Source: Scenedesmus sp. PABB004
Taxonomy: Eukaryota
Reading direction: 5' to 3'
Assembly: GCA_014905635.1 (NCBI GenBank)
Contig: JABVCE010000007.1
Span: forward strand, 186,001-250,000
DNA length: 64,000 bases
A model generated the notes under the pieces. It was not told where the DNA came from. It saw only the letters and a program-made list of their open reading frames with translations, and did no database searches. How positions within the stretch are numbered: position 1 is the first letter of the stretch; each line of letters begins with the position of its first letter. Below are positions 46,189-57,433 of the stretch, piece by piece. Made by a program: the position numbers and the translations under genes.

Positions 46189-47033
46189 ATGGGCCTGCTG
46201 AGCGGCTGGTTCTCCGGCTCGTCCTCGGCGGCGGCGGCCGGGGGGCGGCGGCGCGCCCGGCGGGCGGCCCCGCGGCGGCGAGCAAGAAGCCCAACGTGTG
46301 GCGCTCCGTGTTCGACCCCGGGAGCAACCCCAACCTCGACAAGGTCGGCAGCTCCTACTACGACACCGTCAAGGCACGCCGCACGCACGGCGGCGCGCGC
46401 GCCCTGGCGCCGCTGCTCCGCGCGCGCGCGCTGGCGCCGCCGCTGCTGCGCGCGCGCCGGGGCGCCGCGGAACAGGGCCCGGCACGCGAGCGCGCGCCGC
46501 TGCGCCGCCCGTGTCTCTCGCAGGACCCCAAGAGCAGCCAGACGACGTGGGACATGATCCTAAAGGCGCACGACTACAAGCGCCGCTCCTTCAGCGACCT
46601 CGACCGCGACAAGGACGGCTTCGTCGACGCAAACGTGCGGCAGCACGCCCGCACGACCGCGCGCCTCGCGCGCGCCGCCGCCGGCCGCCGCCGCCGGCCG
46701 CGCGCGCCGCTGGCCGCGCGCGGCAGGCCGCCGCCGCCGCAGCAGCCCCGCCCACCGCGCTGCGCCTGCGCCGCGCAGGAGCTCAAGGCCGCGCTGCCGG
46801 CGTCGGTGAAGACCGCCGACACGGCGAGCCTCATCGCGCAGGCCGCGCCGGCGCAGCCCGGCAAGCTCAGCCGCAAGGAGTTCAACGAGGCGCGCGCGCG
46901 GGCGGGCCCGCACGGGCCGGACCGCGGCAGCGCCGCGCACACGTGGCCGCCGCGCGCTCGCACGCCGTCCCTGAACGAGCTTGCCGCCCCCCGGCCGCTG
47001 CCGCAGGTCCTGGACAAGTACTTCCTGGCGTGA
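46189..47033 (+). CDS. Small protein with DRM1/auxin-repressed (ARP)-like motif fused to EF-hands (4 exons; apparent 1-nt slip in the G run at ~46240-46245)
   Basis: MGLLSGWF...KKPNVWRSVFDPGSNPNLDKVGSSYYDTVK|DPKSSQTTWDMIL, then EF loop DRDKDGFVDAN|E and degenerate ...PGKLSRKEFNE|VLDKYFLA*; TGTAA at 47314-47318. Confidence 0.8.
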
Positions 47034-47538
47034 GCCAGAGGCCTTGCCTCCGCCTCGCGGGCGCGGCCCGCGCCGAGCCGTGTAGAGACACGCACGTACT
47101 ACGAGGGCCTCTCGCGCCCTCGCCTCTCGCGCCCGCCGCAGCGTGTACCAAGTTTTTTGCCGCCGCTTGCCGAGTTATGTGTCGCACGCGCGCCTGTGCC
47201 TTGTGTGCCCGTCCCCCCGCGCGCCTGTACCCCGCTTTTGCTGCGCCGCTGCACGCGCCGCCACCACCACCACCACCACCACCACGCTGCTTCTCAGGCT
47301 GCGGCTGTCTCCGTGTAAAACCAGGGGAGGTTTGATGCTGACGCGCGCGAGCGTTCGAACGGCGCACAACGCGGCGGCCGCCGCACCTCGTCCCACTCCC
47401 CACCGCAGCCGTGCACCCCCGCCGCGATCGCGCCGCTCGCGGGGCCGCACCAGCAGGGGCTGAGCCGCCAGGCGTGGGGCCGGCCAGGCGCTGCGCAGCG
47501 GCGCCGCTGCGCGTGCAGCCGCGGGCAGCGCAGGCGCG

Positions 47539-48416
47539 ATGCCGGTCTACAGCATTCGCGGTTACGATGTCGACTTCCCGCACGAGGCGTACCCCTGCCA
47601 GGCGAGCCGCCGCCGGGCGGCGTCGCTGCGCCGCAATGGGGGCGCGCCGCCGACGCTGCCGCTGCTGCGCGCCGCGGCCGTCGCGGCGCGCCGCGCCGGC
47701 GCCGGCCGGCCCCCGTCCATGGCCCAGGATCGCCTGGAGGAGCTTTCCGGCAGCGCAGCCGCGCGGGGGAGCGCCGTGCGCGCATGACACGCTGCGCCGC
47801 GCGTCTCGAGCGCGCGCCGACCCGCCGCCGCCGGCGCTGCCCGCCGCGCTACAGATCACCTACATGGAGCAGGTGCTCGCGGCGCTGGACCAGGTGCGTG
47901 CGGCGCGGCGCGCGCGTCGTGAGTGCGAGCGCAGAGCGCGCAGCGCACGCGCTCACCGCCTGCGGCCGCCGCGGCGGCGGCGCGCAGTCTGAGAACGCGC
48001 TGCTGGAGAGCCCCACGGGCACGGGCAAGACGCTGTGCCTGCTCTGCGCCACGCTCGCCTGGCGGGAGGCGTTCATGAAGCGGGTGCGCCGCGCCGGCCT
48101 GCCGCCCTTGGCCGGCCGGCCCAGGGGGCCGGCGCCGCCGCCGCCGGCGCGCGGCGCAGAGACACCGAGCGGCGCGCGCCGCGCGGCCGGCGCCCACGCG
48201 CCCGCAGGGCGGCGGCGGCGCCGGCGGCGCGGCGGCGCCGGGGTTGAGTGACTATGAGTACAAGCAGCAGCAGGCGGGCATCGGCGCGCCCGCCGACCCC
48301 GCCGCCGCGCGGCACCGCGGGCCGGCCATCATCTACTCCTCGCGCACGCACAGCCAGCTGGCGCAGGTCGTGCGCGAGCTGCGCAACACGAGCTACAGGC
48401 GCGGCGGGCGGCGGCA

Positions 48417-48483
<67 letters not shown>

Positions 48484-51400
48484 GTGCGCACATGCGGGCG
48501 AGCGGCGGCCGCCCCGCGCGCGTGTGCTTGCGCCGCAGGGTGCGCACGACGGTGATGGGCTCGCGGCAGCAGCTGTGCCTGCACGAGAAGGTCTCCAAGA
48601 TGCCGGCGCAGGCGGGCAACTTCACCTGCCGCGGCCTCGTCACGCACAAGCAGTGCCGCTGGTGCGCGGCGCGGCGGCGCCCGCCGGCGCGCGCCGGCAC
48701 GCGCCGCCGCCCACGCGCCGCCGCCGCGCTCGGCCCCCGCCCCGCCAGGCACGCGCGGCATCGCCACGAGAAGGTGGTCCGGGAGCTCAACGCCGCGGTG
48801 CCGGCGCCAATCGACATCGAGGAGCTGATGAAGGTCGGCCGGCACACCGAGGTGCGGTGGCACCCCGCCGCCCGCTGCCCCGCGCCGGCGCGCACGCTGC
48901 GCCCCCCGCGCTCCCCTCCCCCGCGCCGCCGCCCGCCGCCGCCGCGCTCTCGCACGCGCGCACATCCGCACCCCCCTCCCTCCCTCCCTCTGTGCCCTCG
49001 CCCCCAGACCTGCCCCTATTTCCTCTCCCGCGACCTCGCCGAGTCTGCTGACGTCATCTTCATGCCCTACAACTACCTCATCGACGCACACGTGAGCGGG
49101 GGCGGGTGTTACTTTGATCTTGTTGTATTGTTACTTTGACTGTCACTTTGACTTGAGCGCGAGCGACCCACCACGTGCGTGCCGACGGCTCGCGCGGCGC
49201 CCGACGCGCGCGCCGCGCGCCGCAGTCGCGGGGGCAGATCAACGGCGTGGATTGGTCCAACGCCGTGGTCATCATCGACGAGGCGCACAACATCCAGGTG
49301 CGACGGCCGAGGCGGGCGCGGGCGCGCCGCGCAGCGGGCGACTGGCGGGGCGTGCGCCGAGCCGCTGGCCGCCGCGCCCGCCCCCGCCGCGCGCCCGCGC
49401 CGCGTGCAGGACGTGTGCAACAGCAACGCGTCGTTCGACCTCGGCAGCGACCAGGTGCTCTCGGCGATCAGCGAGATCGAGGGCGCGGCGGCGCTCGTGC
49501 GGGTGCGGCGCCCGGCAGCGGGGCGGCGCCGCGCGCGATTGATTGGGCACCCCGCGGCGCCGCCGCCAAGGCCAAGGCGGCAGGGCTGGGCAGGGCGGGG
49601 GTGGCCCACGCACGTGCCGTCCGCGCCCGGTGCAGGACAACATCTCGTCCAGCCGCGCGGCCGAAGGCCTCACCGTGTACCACGAGGGCGGCGGCCTCGT
49701 GCCAGGCGCGCGGCGCGGCGCGGCACGCGGCGCGCGCCACGGGGCCTGGGCGGGCGCCGTTGGCGCCCCGCGCGCTGCGCGAGCGCGCCACAGACCGCCG
49801 CGCGCGCGCGCGCGCCGCGCCAGGCGCCGACGGCGACACCGTGGGCGCGGGCGACCTGCTGGAGCGGCTGCAGTGCGGCGTGAAGATCCTCAGCGGTGCG
49901 CGCCGCGCGCCCGCAGCGCGCCCGCGCGGCGGCGCCGCGCGGCAGTGCGCCCACCCCGCCGCATCGCCCGCCGCGCATGGCGCTGTGCAGCTCTGTACCA
50001 GCGGCTGTGCGAGCTGGACCCCGGCCCTGGCCCGGCTGCCGCCGCGGGCGGCGGCGGCGCTGGTGGCGGCCGCGGCTTCAGCCTGGCCTCGCTGGAGGGC
50101 TCGGTGCACAAGGGCGAGGCGCTGCTTGCGCTGCTGGCTGAGCTGGACATCACTCCGGACAGCTACGGCCAGCACCTGCAGCAGCTGCTGCTCGACGTGC
50201 GCGCCGCGGCGACCGCGGGCGACGCCGCGGGCTGGGCTGACGCCGCGCGCGCGGCGGGGGCAGCGGGCGGCGCGCCGACGCCGACGCTGGCGCCCGCCGC
50301 GGCCGCCGCGCGCCGCAGGCGGTGGGCGTGCTGTCAGACCACGAGCTCGCCAGCGGGCGCGCGATGGCGGCCAAGGGCGCGGTCGCGGGCGGGTGCGCCG
50401 CCGGTGTCACGCGCGCCGCCGCCGCGCGGGCCGTCGCCGCCGCGCCCGCCTACCGCAGCCCAGGGCACCCCCGCAGCCCAGGCGCCGCCCCGCCGCGCTC
50501 TTCCTCAGGCTGGCCGCCATCACCGCCGCGCTGGACGTCGCGATGGCGAGCGCGCTGCCGCTGTGGACCGACCCCGTGCGCGGCCGCGTCGGCCCGCCGG
50601 CGCACCGGGGCTATCGGATGTACGTACACCGCGGCGAGGCGGGCGGCCGCGGCAGGGTGCGGCGCGCGACGCCGCCGCACGCGACGCCGCCCGGCCCGCC
50701 CCGCGCCGCGCCCGCCGACTGCGCCGCCCGCGCCGCCACGCCGCGCCGTGCCGCGCCGCGCCGCCGGCCGCGCCGCGCTTGCGCACCCGCCGACCGCGCC
50801 GCGCTCCCGCGCCGCGCCGTGCCGCGCCGCAGCGCCGGGCCGCGCAGCAGGCCGTGGGCGGGTGCGCGCCGACGCTGAGCTACTGGTGCTTCATACCTGG
50901 TGGGCGCCGCCGCGTTTGAACGCGCGGGGGCGCACATTTGAAAATGCTGGCGCAGCAGCCAGCGGCGCCCGGGCCGCGGGCAGGGGTTGGAGGGTGGCTG
51001 ATGACCGTCACCGCCGCCGCCGCCGCCGCCGCCGCCACTGCGCCGCCAGGCGTGTCGATGGCGGCGCTGCGCGCGCTGCCGCTGCGCAGCGTGCTGCTCA
51101 CGAGCGGCACGCTGAGCCCGCTGGAGAGCTTTGCGCACGAGCTGCAGCTCGGCTTCAAACACACGCTGGAGAACCCGCACGTCATCGACGCCAGCCAGGC
51201 ACGCGCGCGTGCGCCGCAACGCACGGCCAATGCCCGCCGCGGTGCGCGCCGCGCGCTGCCCGCGGCGCCGGCCGCGGCGGCCGGCCGACGGCTGGGCCCG
51301 CCCGGCGGCGCAATCGCAGGTGTGGGTGGGCGTCGTGCCGTCGGGCCCGACCGGCGCGCCGCTCAACTCGAGCTTTGCCAACCGCAGCAGCGAGCGCTAC

Positions 51401-52963
51401 AAGGACGACCTGGGGCACGCGATCGTTAACTTTGCCCGCGTCGTGCCGGACGGCCTCCTCGTCTTCTTCCCCTCCTACGCCGTGCTGCAGTCCTGCCTCG
51501 ACCACTGGAAGGCGCCCAGCGGTGCGCTGCGCGCGCTGTGCCGCCCGCCCGCCCGCCGCGCCGCGCGCCCGCCCGCCGCGCCGCGCCGCGCCGCGCCGCG
51601 CGGGCCGAGCCCCGCGCCGCCGCGCCCCCGCGCAGGTGGCGGCGCGAGCGTGTGGGAGCGCATCCTGCGCCACAAGGCGCCCGTCATTGAGCCGCGCGAC
51701 GCGGCCGCCTTCCCCGCGGCCATCGCGGACTACAACGCAAAGCTCGACGCCCCCGGCGGCGGCGGCGCGGTGCTGTTCGCGGTCTGCCGCGGCAAGGTGC
51801 GGCGGGCACAGACCGCGCGCGTGGGGCCGCCGCCGCCGCCCGCCAGCACCGCTGGCGCCGCCCCCGGCGGGCCCTCGCCCAAGCCCGGCCGCCGCCGTCG
51901 CCGCTGCTGCCGCCGCCGCCACCGTGGCCCCGTGCGTGGCGTGTCGTGGCAGGTGTCTGAGGGCATCGACTTCAGCGACCGCGCCGGCCGCGGCGTCGTC
52001 ATAACGGGCCTGCCCTTCCCCGCGGCGCACGACCCACACGTGCGCCTGCAGCAGGCGCTACTGGACGAGGAGGCGCGCGCGGGCACGGGCGGCGTGACCG
52101 GCGGCCGCGGGCTCACGGGGCAGCAGTGGTGCGCCGCCGCCGGCGCGCGCGCGCGCGCGCGCGAGGCCCGCCGCCGTGCCAGCGGCCGAGCGCGGCGGCG
52201 GCGCCGCCGGCGGCGCCGGCAGCCCACCGCTGCGACCTGCGCGGCGCGACTCGCGCAGGTACGTGCAGGCGGGCCTGCGCGCCGTCAACCAGGCCATGGG
52301 GCGCGTCATCCGGCACCGCTGGGACTTTGGCGCGGTGCTGCTCGCGGACGAGCGCTTTGCGGCGCCGGGCAACCACCGCCAGCTCAGCCGCTGGCTGCGC
52401 GAGCACGTCGTGGCGCACCCGAGCTTTGGCGCCGCGATCGGCAGCCTCACCAAGTTCTTCAAGGTCGGCGCAGCGGCGCGGCGCAGCGCTGCAGCGGCGC
52501 GGCGCGGCGCGGCGCGGCGCGGCGGCGGCCAGCCGCGCGGCGCGGCGCGGCGCGGGCCCCGCACCCCGGCTCCGCGCGCCCACACGCCCACGCCCCGCGC
52601 CGCGCGCGCGCCGCGCCGCTCGCAGGACAAGGGCGAGCTGGCGGCGGTGGCGGCGGCGCGCCCGGGCGCCGCGGCGGCCGGCGCCGGCGTGTTTGGGCCC
52701 GGCGCGCAGGCCGCCCCCTCCGCGCTGCAGCTCGTCGGCGGCAGCGACGGCGGCGCGCGCGGCGCGGCGACGGCGCGTGTGCAGGCCGAGGTGTCTCGCC
52801 GCGCGGCGCTCGCCGCGGCGCCGCGGGCCATCGACCTTCACGGCATTGTGCCGGGCGGCGGTGCGGCGGCGGGCAGGCGGGGCGCCGCGCGCGCGTGCGC
52901 GGCGCGCGCGCACTGCCCTGCGCCGCTGACCACGCTCCCGGGCGCGCCGATGCTGCGCCGCAG

Positions 52964-52997
<34 letters not shown>

Positions 52998-54257
52998 GCG
53001 GCGGCGGCGGCAGCGGCGGCGGCGACGGCGGCGGCGACTCGACGCTGGACGACGTCCTGGCGGCCATCCAGCCGGCGGCCGACGTGGCGCGCGCGAAGGT
53101 CCTGCAGGAGCAGGCCGGCGCCGGCACCGCGGGCGGCGGCGGCCGCGCGGGGCGCGCGCCGGCGCGCGCGCTCGCGCGCAGCATCCAGCCGGCGTACGAG
53201 GACGACGCGGCGGGGCAGCGCGCGCGCGAGGGGCCGCGCGCCCCCCAGCAGGCGGCGGCGGCGGCGCAGCAGGGCGGCGGCGGCGGGGCGCGCAAGGAGG
53301 CGCTGCGCATGGGCCAGTTCCTTAAGACCTGGAACGCGACGCAGCTGGCCAAGGAGGCGGCGGCGCGCGACGAGGCGGAGCAGCAGCAGGCGCAGCAGGA
53401 GCAGGAGCGGCAGGCGCAGCAGCAGGAGCAGCAGCAGCAGGCGCCGCCACTGCAGCAGGCGCAGCCGAAGCAGGCGCAGCCGGCGCAGCAGCGGTCGTCA
53501 GCTGGGGCGGGGGGCGGCGGCCCGCCGGGCGCCGCCGCCACGGAGGCGGGCGGCGGCGGCGAGCAGGACGCGGCGCCGACCGACCCCCGGGCGTTCCTGC
53601 GGCGGCTGCAGCAGGAGCTGCCGCCGGAGCAGCTCGCGGCGGTGAAACAGCTGCTTGGAGGCTACAGGTGGGCTGCCGCGGGCGCGTGCGCGGCGCCGGG
53701 CGGGGCGGCTGGCGCTGGGCGCCGGCTGCGGCCGGCAGGCGCGCGGTGCGTCGCTCACGCCGCCGCCGCCGCCGCCGCCGCCGCCGGTCGCGCGCGCGCG
53801 CGCCGCAGGGCGAGCCGCGACCTCACCGCGTTTGCGGACGGCCTCATCGCCGCGCTGGGCAGCGCCGCGCCGGCGCACCTGCTGGCGGGGTTTGCCGCGT
53901 TCATGCCCTCGCGCGACCAGGACTGGTTCCGCCGCCTCGTCGTCGCGCGGGGGGGCGTCAGCGGCGCCAAGGCGCGCCTGCTCGCGGCCGCGCGGGCGGG
54001 CGGCGCCGACGCCGACCCCGACGCCGGCGCGCGGCGCGCCGCGCGGCCGGGCGGCGCCGCCGCGGCGGGCGCCAAGCGCGGCGACCGCGGCAGCGCGGGC
54101 GGCCCGGGCGGCTCGCAGGCGGCGCTGGACGGCAGCGCGCAGGCCGCCAAGAAGCACAGACCCAGCGGCGGCGGCGGCGCCGCTGCAGCCCCGGCCGAGC
54201 CCAACCCTCGCCTCGCCGCGGTGGCGGCCCAGCAGCAGCTGGCGCCGCCGCCGCCGC

Positions 54258-54290
<33 letters not shown>

Positions 54291-54619
54291 TGCAGCAGCA
54301 GCAGCAGCAGGCGGGCCAGCGCCGGCCGGTGGCGGTGGCAACCGTCGCGAGCGCGAAGCCGCGCCTGCAAGTGGCGGCGGCGGCGGCGGCCGCCGCGCGA
54401 GCGGGCGTGCCCGCGCCGGGCGCGCCGGGCACGGCGTGCAAGCCTTGCGCGGTGTGCCGCAAGGCGCCGATGGCCTCGGCGCACCGCGCGCTGTGCGGGC
54501 ACATGGCGTGCTACGGCTGCTGGGCGGAGCTCTTCGCCGCCAACCTGCGCGGCGTGGCGTGCCCCGGCTGCAAAAAGCCGGTGCGCCGGGCGCAGCTGGT
54601 GGGCGTGCCGTTTGCGTGA
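47539..54619 (+). CDS. RTEL1: RTEL1 Fe-S DNA helicase with C-terminal harmonin-like helical domain and RING finger, multi-exon
   Basis: [40 protein letters not shown], four Fe-S Cys ending [69 protein letters not shown]; terminal CxxC..CxH..CxxC..CxxC. Confidence 0.95.
48421..48480. repeat. (GGC)n microsatellite in an RTEL1 intron
   Basis: About 20 uninterrupted units; similar tracts at ~6246-6290 and ~21278-21320. Confidence 0.9.
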
Positions 54620-54905
54620 GAGCGGCGTCGTCGATCCGATCGGCGAGCGGCGTTTGCGCGTATCCGGCCTGCGCCGCCGGCTGCCCGGGGAACCGATTCG
54701 CCGCGGCCATGAGCTCGATACAAGCCGTCTCGACCGCGCACGGCAGTCGCACGAGCTCAGGGCGGGCTGCCGCGGACGCAAAAGCCGCGCAGTTGTGCGG
54801 CCGGCCTTGCGCGCGATCGACCGGCCCCGCGGCCACCGCCCTCACTATCTATCTATCGAGCTACCTACGTACGTAAGCCGTTCGCGCGCGCGACCAGCAC
54901 GCGGC

Positions 54906-56762
54906 ATGGCGCGGCAAGGCGCGGAGCAGCTGCCGGGCCAGGTCGAGGCCGCGAGCGGCCAGCAGCGCCTCCACTGCGCCGGCCCGCAACGCGGGGAGGT
55001 CGACAAGGGCTCCTGGGTGGAGGAGGAGCCAGCGCTGAGCTCAGCAGCGCAGGAGCGCAAGTGCTGGCGGGCGGCGGCGCGCGCGAGCGGCGACGAGGAC
55101 CGCGCCTGGTGGATCACGTCGGCGCCCGTCGAGGGGCGCGGCGGCGCCAGCGCGCTGGTGCAGGACCTGAGCCCCACGTTTGACCGCGCCGCGCGGCACA
55201 GCGCCGCCAGCCGCGGCCGCGGGGCGAGCGCCTGCAGCGACGCGCGGGGCCTGCGGCTGCGCGCCTGCGAGGCGGAGCTGGAGCGGCTGCGCGGCATGGA
55301 GGAGCTGGTCGCGGGCACGGTGGCGGCGAGCATGGGGCGCCTGGCGGAGCTCGTGGCCGACCCGGACCGCGCCTGGGAGCTGGGCGCGGGCAGCTACGGC
55401 ACCGTGTGGCAGGTGGTCGCGCCGTGGCCGAGCGCGGCGGCCGCGCGGGCCGCGGCGGCGGCGTTCCCGAGCGGCGCGCTGGACGCGGGGCTGCCGCTGG
55501 TCGTCAAGTGCGTCGAGCACGGCGCCGACCCGGAGTGGGGCCGCGGCGCGTGCGAGCGCGAGGCGGCGGCCTGCCGCGCCGCAAGCGGCTGCCGGCACGC
55601 GCCGGCGCTGCTCGCGGCGTCGCACGACGGCGGCGTGAGCTGGCTGGTGTTTGAGTCGCTCGTGCCCGACCCGGTCAACCTGGAGGCCTTTGTCGCGGCC
55701 TTCCCCGACCTCCCCGCGCCGACGCTGCTGCACGTGCTCGGCGAGCTCGGCCAGGCGCTGCACGACCTCCACCACGTGCGGGGCCTGCTGCACAACGACC
55801 TCAAGCCGGAGCAGGTCGTGCTGTCGCGCGCCGCGGCGGCGAGCGACGACGCGCCGCCGTACGCGCGCGGGCGGTCGCAGGACCTGCTCCCCCGCGTCTA
55901 TCTGGTGGACATGGGCATGTCCAGCCCGCCCCACACGCCCGTGGCGGACTGGGGCTTTGGCGGCACCCTCGGCTACATGGCCCCCGAGCTCAAGGCCGGC
56001 GCGCTGCTGCCGGCGGGGGTCGCGTTTGACGCCGAGAGCGAGCAGATGCTCGCGCAGGTGCGCCAGGCGCAGGCGGGGCGGCGGCGCGGCGGCGGAAGGT
56101 GCAGGCCGGGGCGGACGGCGGCGGCCGCGGGAGGCTCACGGGCGCGCGCGCGCCCACCCGCCTGCCCGCCTGCCGCCCGCGCGCCCGCGCGCCGCCGCCG
56201 CCGCCGCGGCCGCGCGCAGCACCTCCTGCGCGCCGCGCCGGAGGCCGCGTACGCGCCCGCGCAGGACTGGTTTTCGCTGGGCCTGGTGCTGGCGTACGTG
56301 ATCGCGCGCGGCGACGCGGCGCTGCACCAGCAGGTCGTCTGCCTCGCGGCCGCCGCGCACCGCGCGGGCGGGCATGCCGCCGACTACGCGGCGGTGCGCG
56401 CCGTGCTGCGCGGCCAGCCGCTCGCCACGCGGGGCATGCTCGACCTGCTCGTCGCGCTGCTGGGCCCCGCCGAGGCCCGGCCGGCGAGCTGGCGGCAGTT
56501 CAAGCGCCTGCTGGCCTCCGCGCGGCGCGACGACGCGGCCGAGCCCGACGCGCCGGGGCCGTGGGAGGCGGTCGGCCGGCTGCTGGCGAGCGGCGCGTAC
56601 GTGGAGTACGACGACGAGGTGCTGGTCGGGCAGGAGGGCGAGGGCTCAGGCGACGGCGCCCGCGCGGGCGGCCTGCCCGCGCGCGCGGCCGCGGCGCTCG
56701 CGGCGCTCGCGGCGCGCCTCAGCCCCGCCCGCCTGCCGCTGCGGCGGCGGGCGGCCGCGTGA
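54906..56762 (+). CDS. Atypical Ser/Thr protein kinase (probable intron 56058-56219)
   Basis: LGAGSYGTV, VVK, HNDLKPEQV, DMG, GTLGYMAPE, DWFSLG. Confidence 0.85.
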   Translation: MARQGAEQLPGQVEAASGQQRLHCAGPQRGEVDKGSWVEEEPALSSAAQERKCWRAAARASGDEDRAWWITSAPVEGRGGASALVQDLSPTFDRAARHSAASRGRGASACSDARGLRLRACEAELERLRGMEELVAGTVAASMGRLAELVADPDRAWELGAGSYGTVWQVVAPWPSAAAARAAAAAFPSGALDAGLPLVVKCVEHGADPEWGRGACEREAAACRAASGCRHAPALLAASHDGGVSWLVFESLVPDPVNLEAFVAAFPDLPAPTLLHVLGELGQALHDLHHVRGLLHNDLKPEQVVLSRAAAASDDAPPYARGRSQDLLPRVYLVDMGMSSPPHTPVADWGFGGTLGYMAPELKAGALLPAGVAFDAESEQMLAQVRQAQAGRRRGGGRCRPGRTAAAAGGSRARARPPACPPAARAPARRRRRRGRAQHLLRAAPEAAYAPAQDWFSLGLVLAYVIARGDAALHQQVVCLAAAAHRAGGHAADYAAVRAVLRGQPLATRGMLDLLVALLGPAEARPASWRQFKRLLASARRDDAAEPDAPGPWEAVGRLLASGAYVEYDDEVLVGQEGEGSGDGARAGGLPARAAAALAALAARLSPARLPLRRRAAA

Positions 56763-57433
56763 CGGCCGGCGCCTGGGTCGAGTGAGGCGAGCGGGCGGGG
56801 CTGGCGATCTGTGCCGGAGCACTGACCGCTCCGAGGCGTGTGCCAGTCTCGAGTCGGTCTGAGATGACGCTGTCGCGGCCCCAGGCCAGGGGCCGCTGTG
56901 CATGCTGGCGACGATCGTAGCGAGCGCTCTGCATAGTCCTCTGCACATTATTGATCTGCACAGTGGTGATCACGCATAGGGGTGAGTCTGAAGCACCATC
57001 ATAGAGCCTGGTAGTTCAGCAGTTCAGCGCCTGTGCATGCAGCGGGGTGGCGCCCCGGCAGAGGGTCAACGATGCCCCAGCGCGTGCCCACCAGCGCTCG
57101 CGGCAACGGCCGTCTGCAGCTAAAGAGCACTTTGGCGCGCTCTCTCAGCTTGAGACGCACGCCAACACGCAGCAGGGGCGCCCCGGGCAGCTGCCGGCGG
57201 CTCGTCAGTAGCGCTCGCGCGATGGCGCGGCGCGGCGGATCAGGAGAGCGCCGCTGCAGCAGGCGCGCCGCGATTGAGTTTTCTGCAATGTGCTCTCACG
57301 CAGCGCACACACGCGGTAGCCTCCCGACAGCCCACGACAGCTCCCAGAGTCGTCGTCGCCGCCGAACATCCCAGCTCGCCCCGGCCTCCCCGCGGCCGCT
57401 GCGCGTCTCGCTAGCCGTCAGAGCAGCGCAGGC

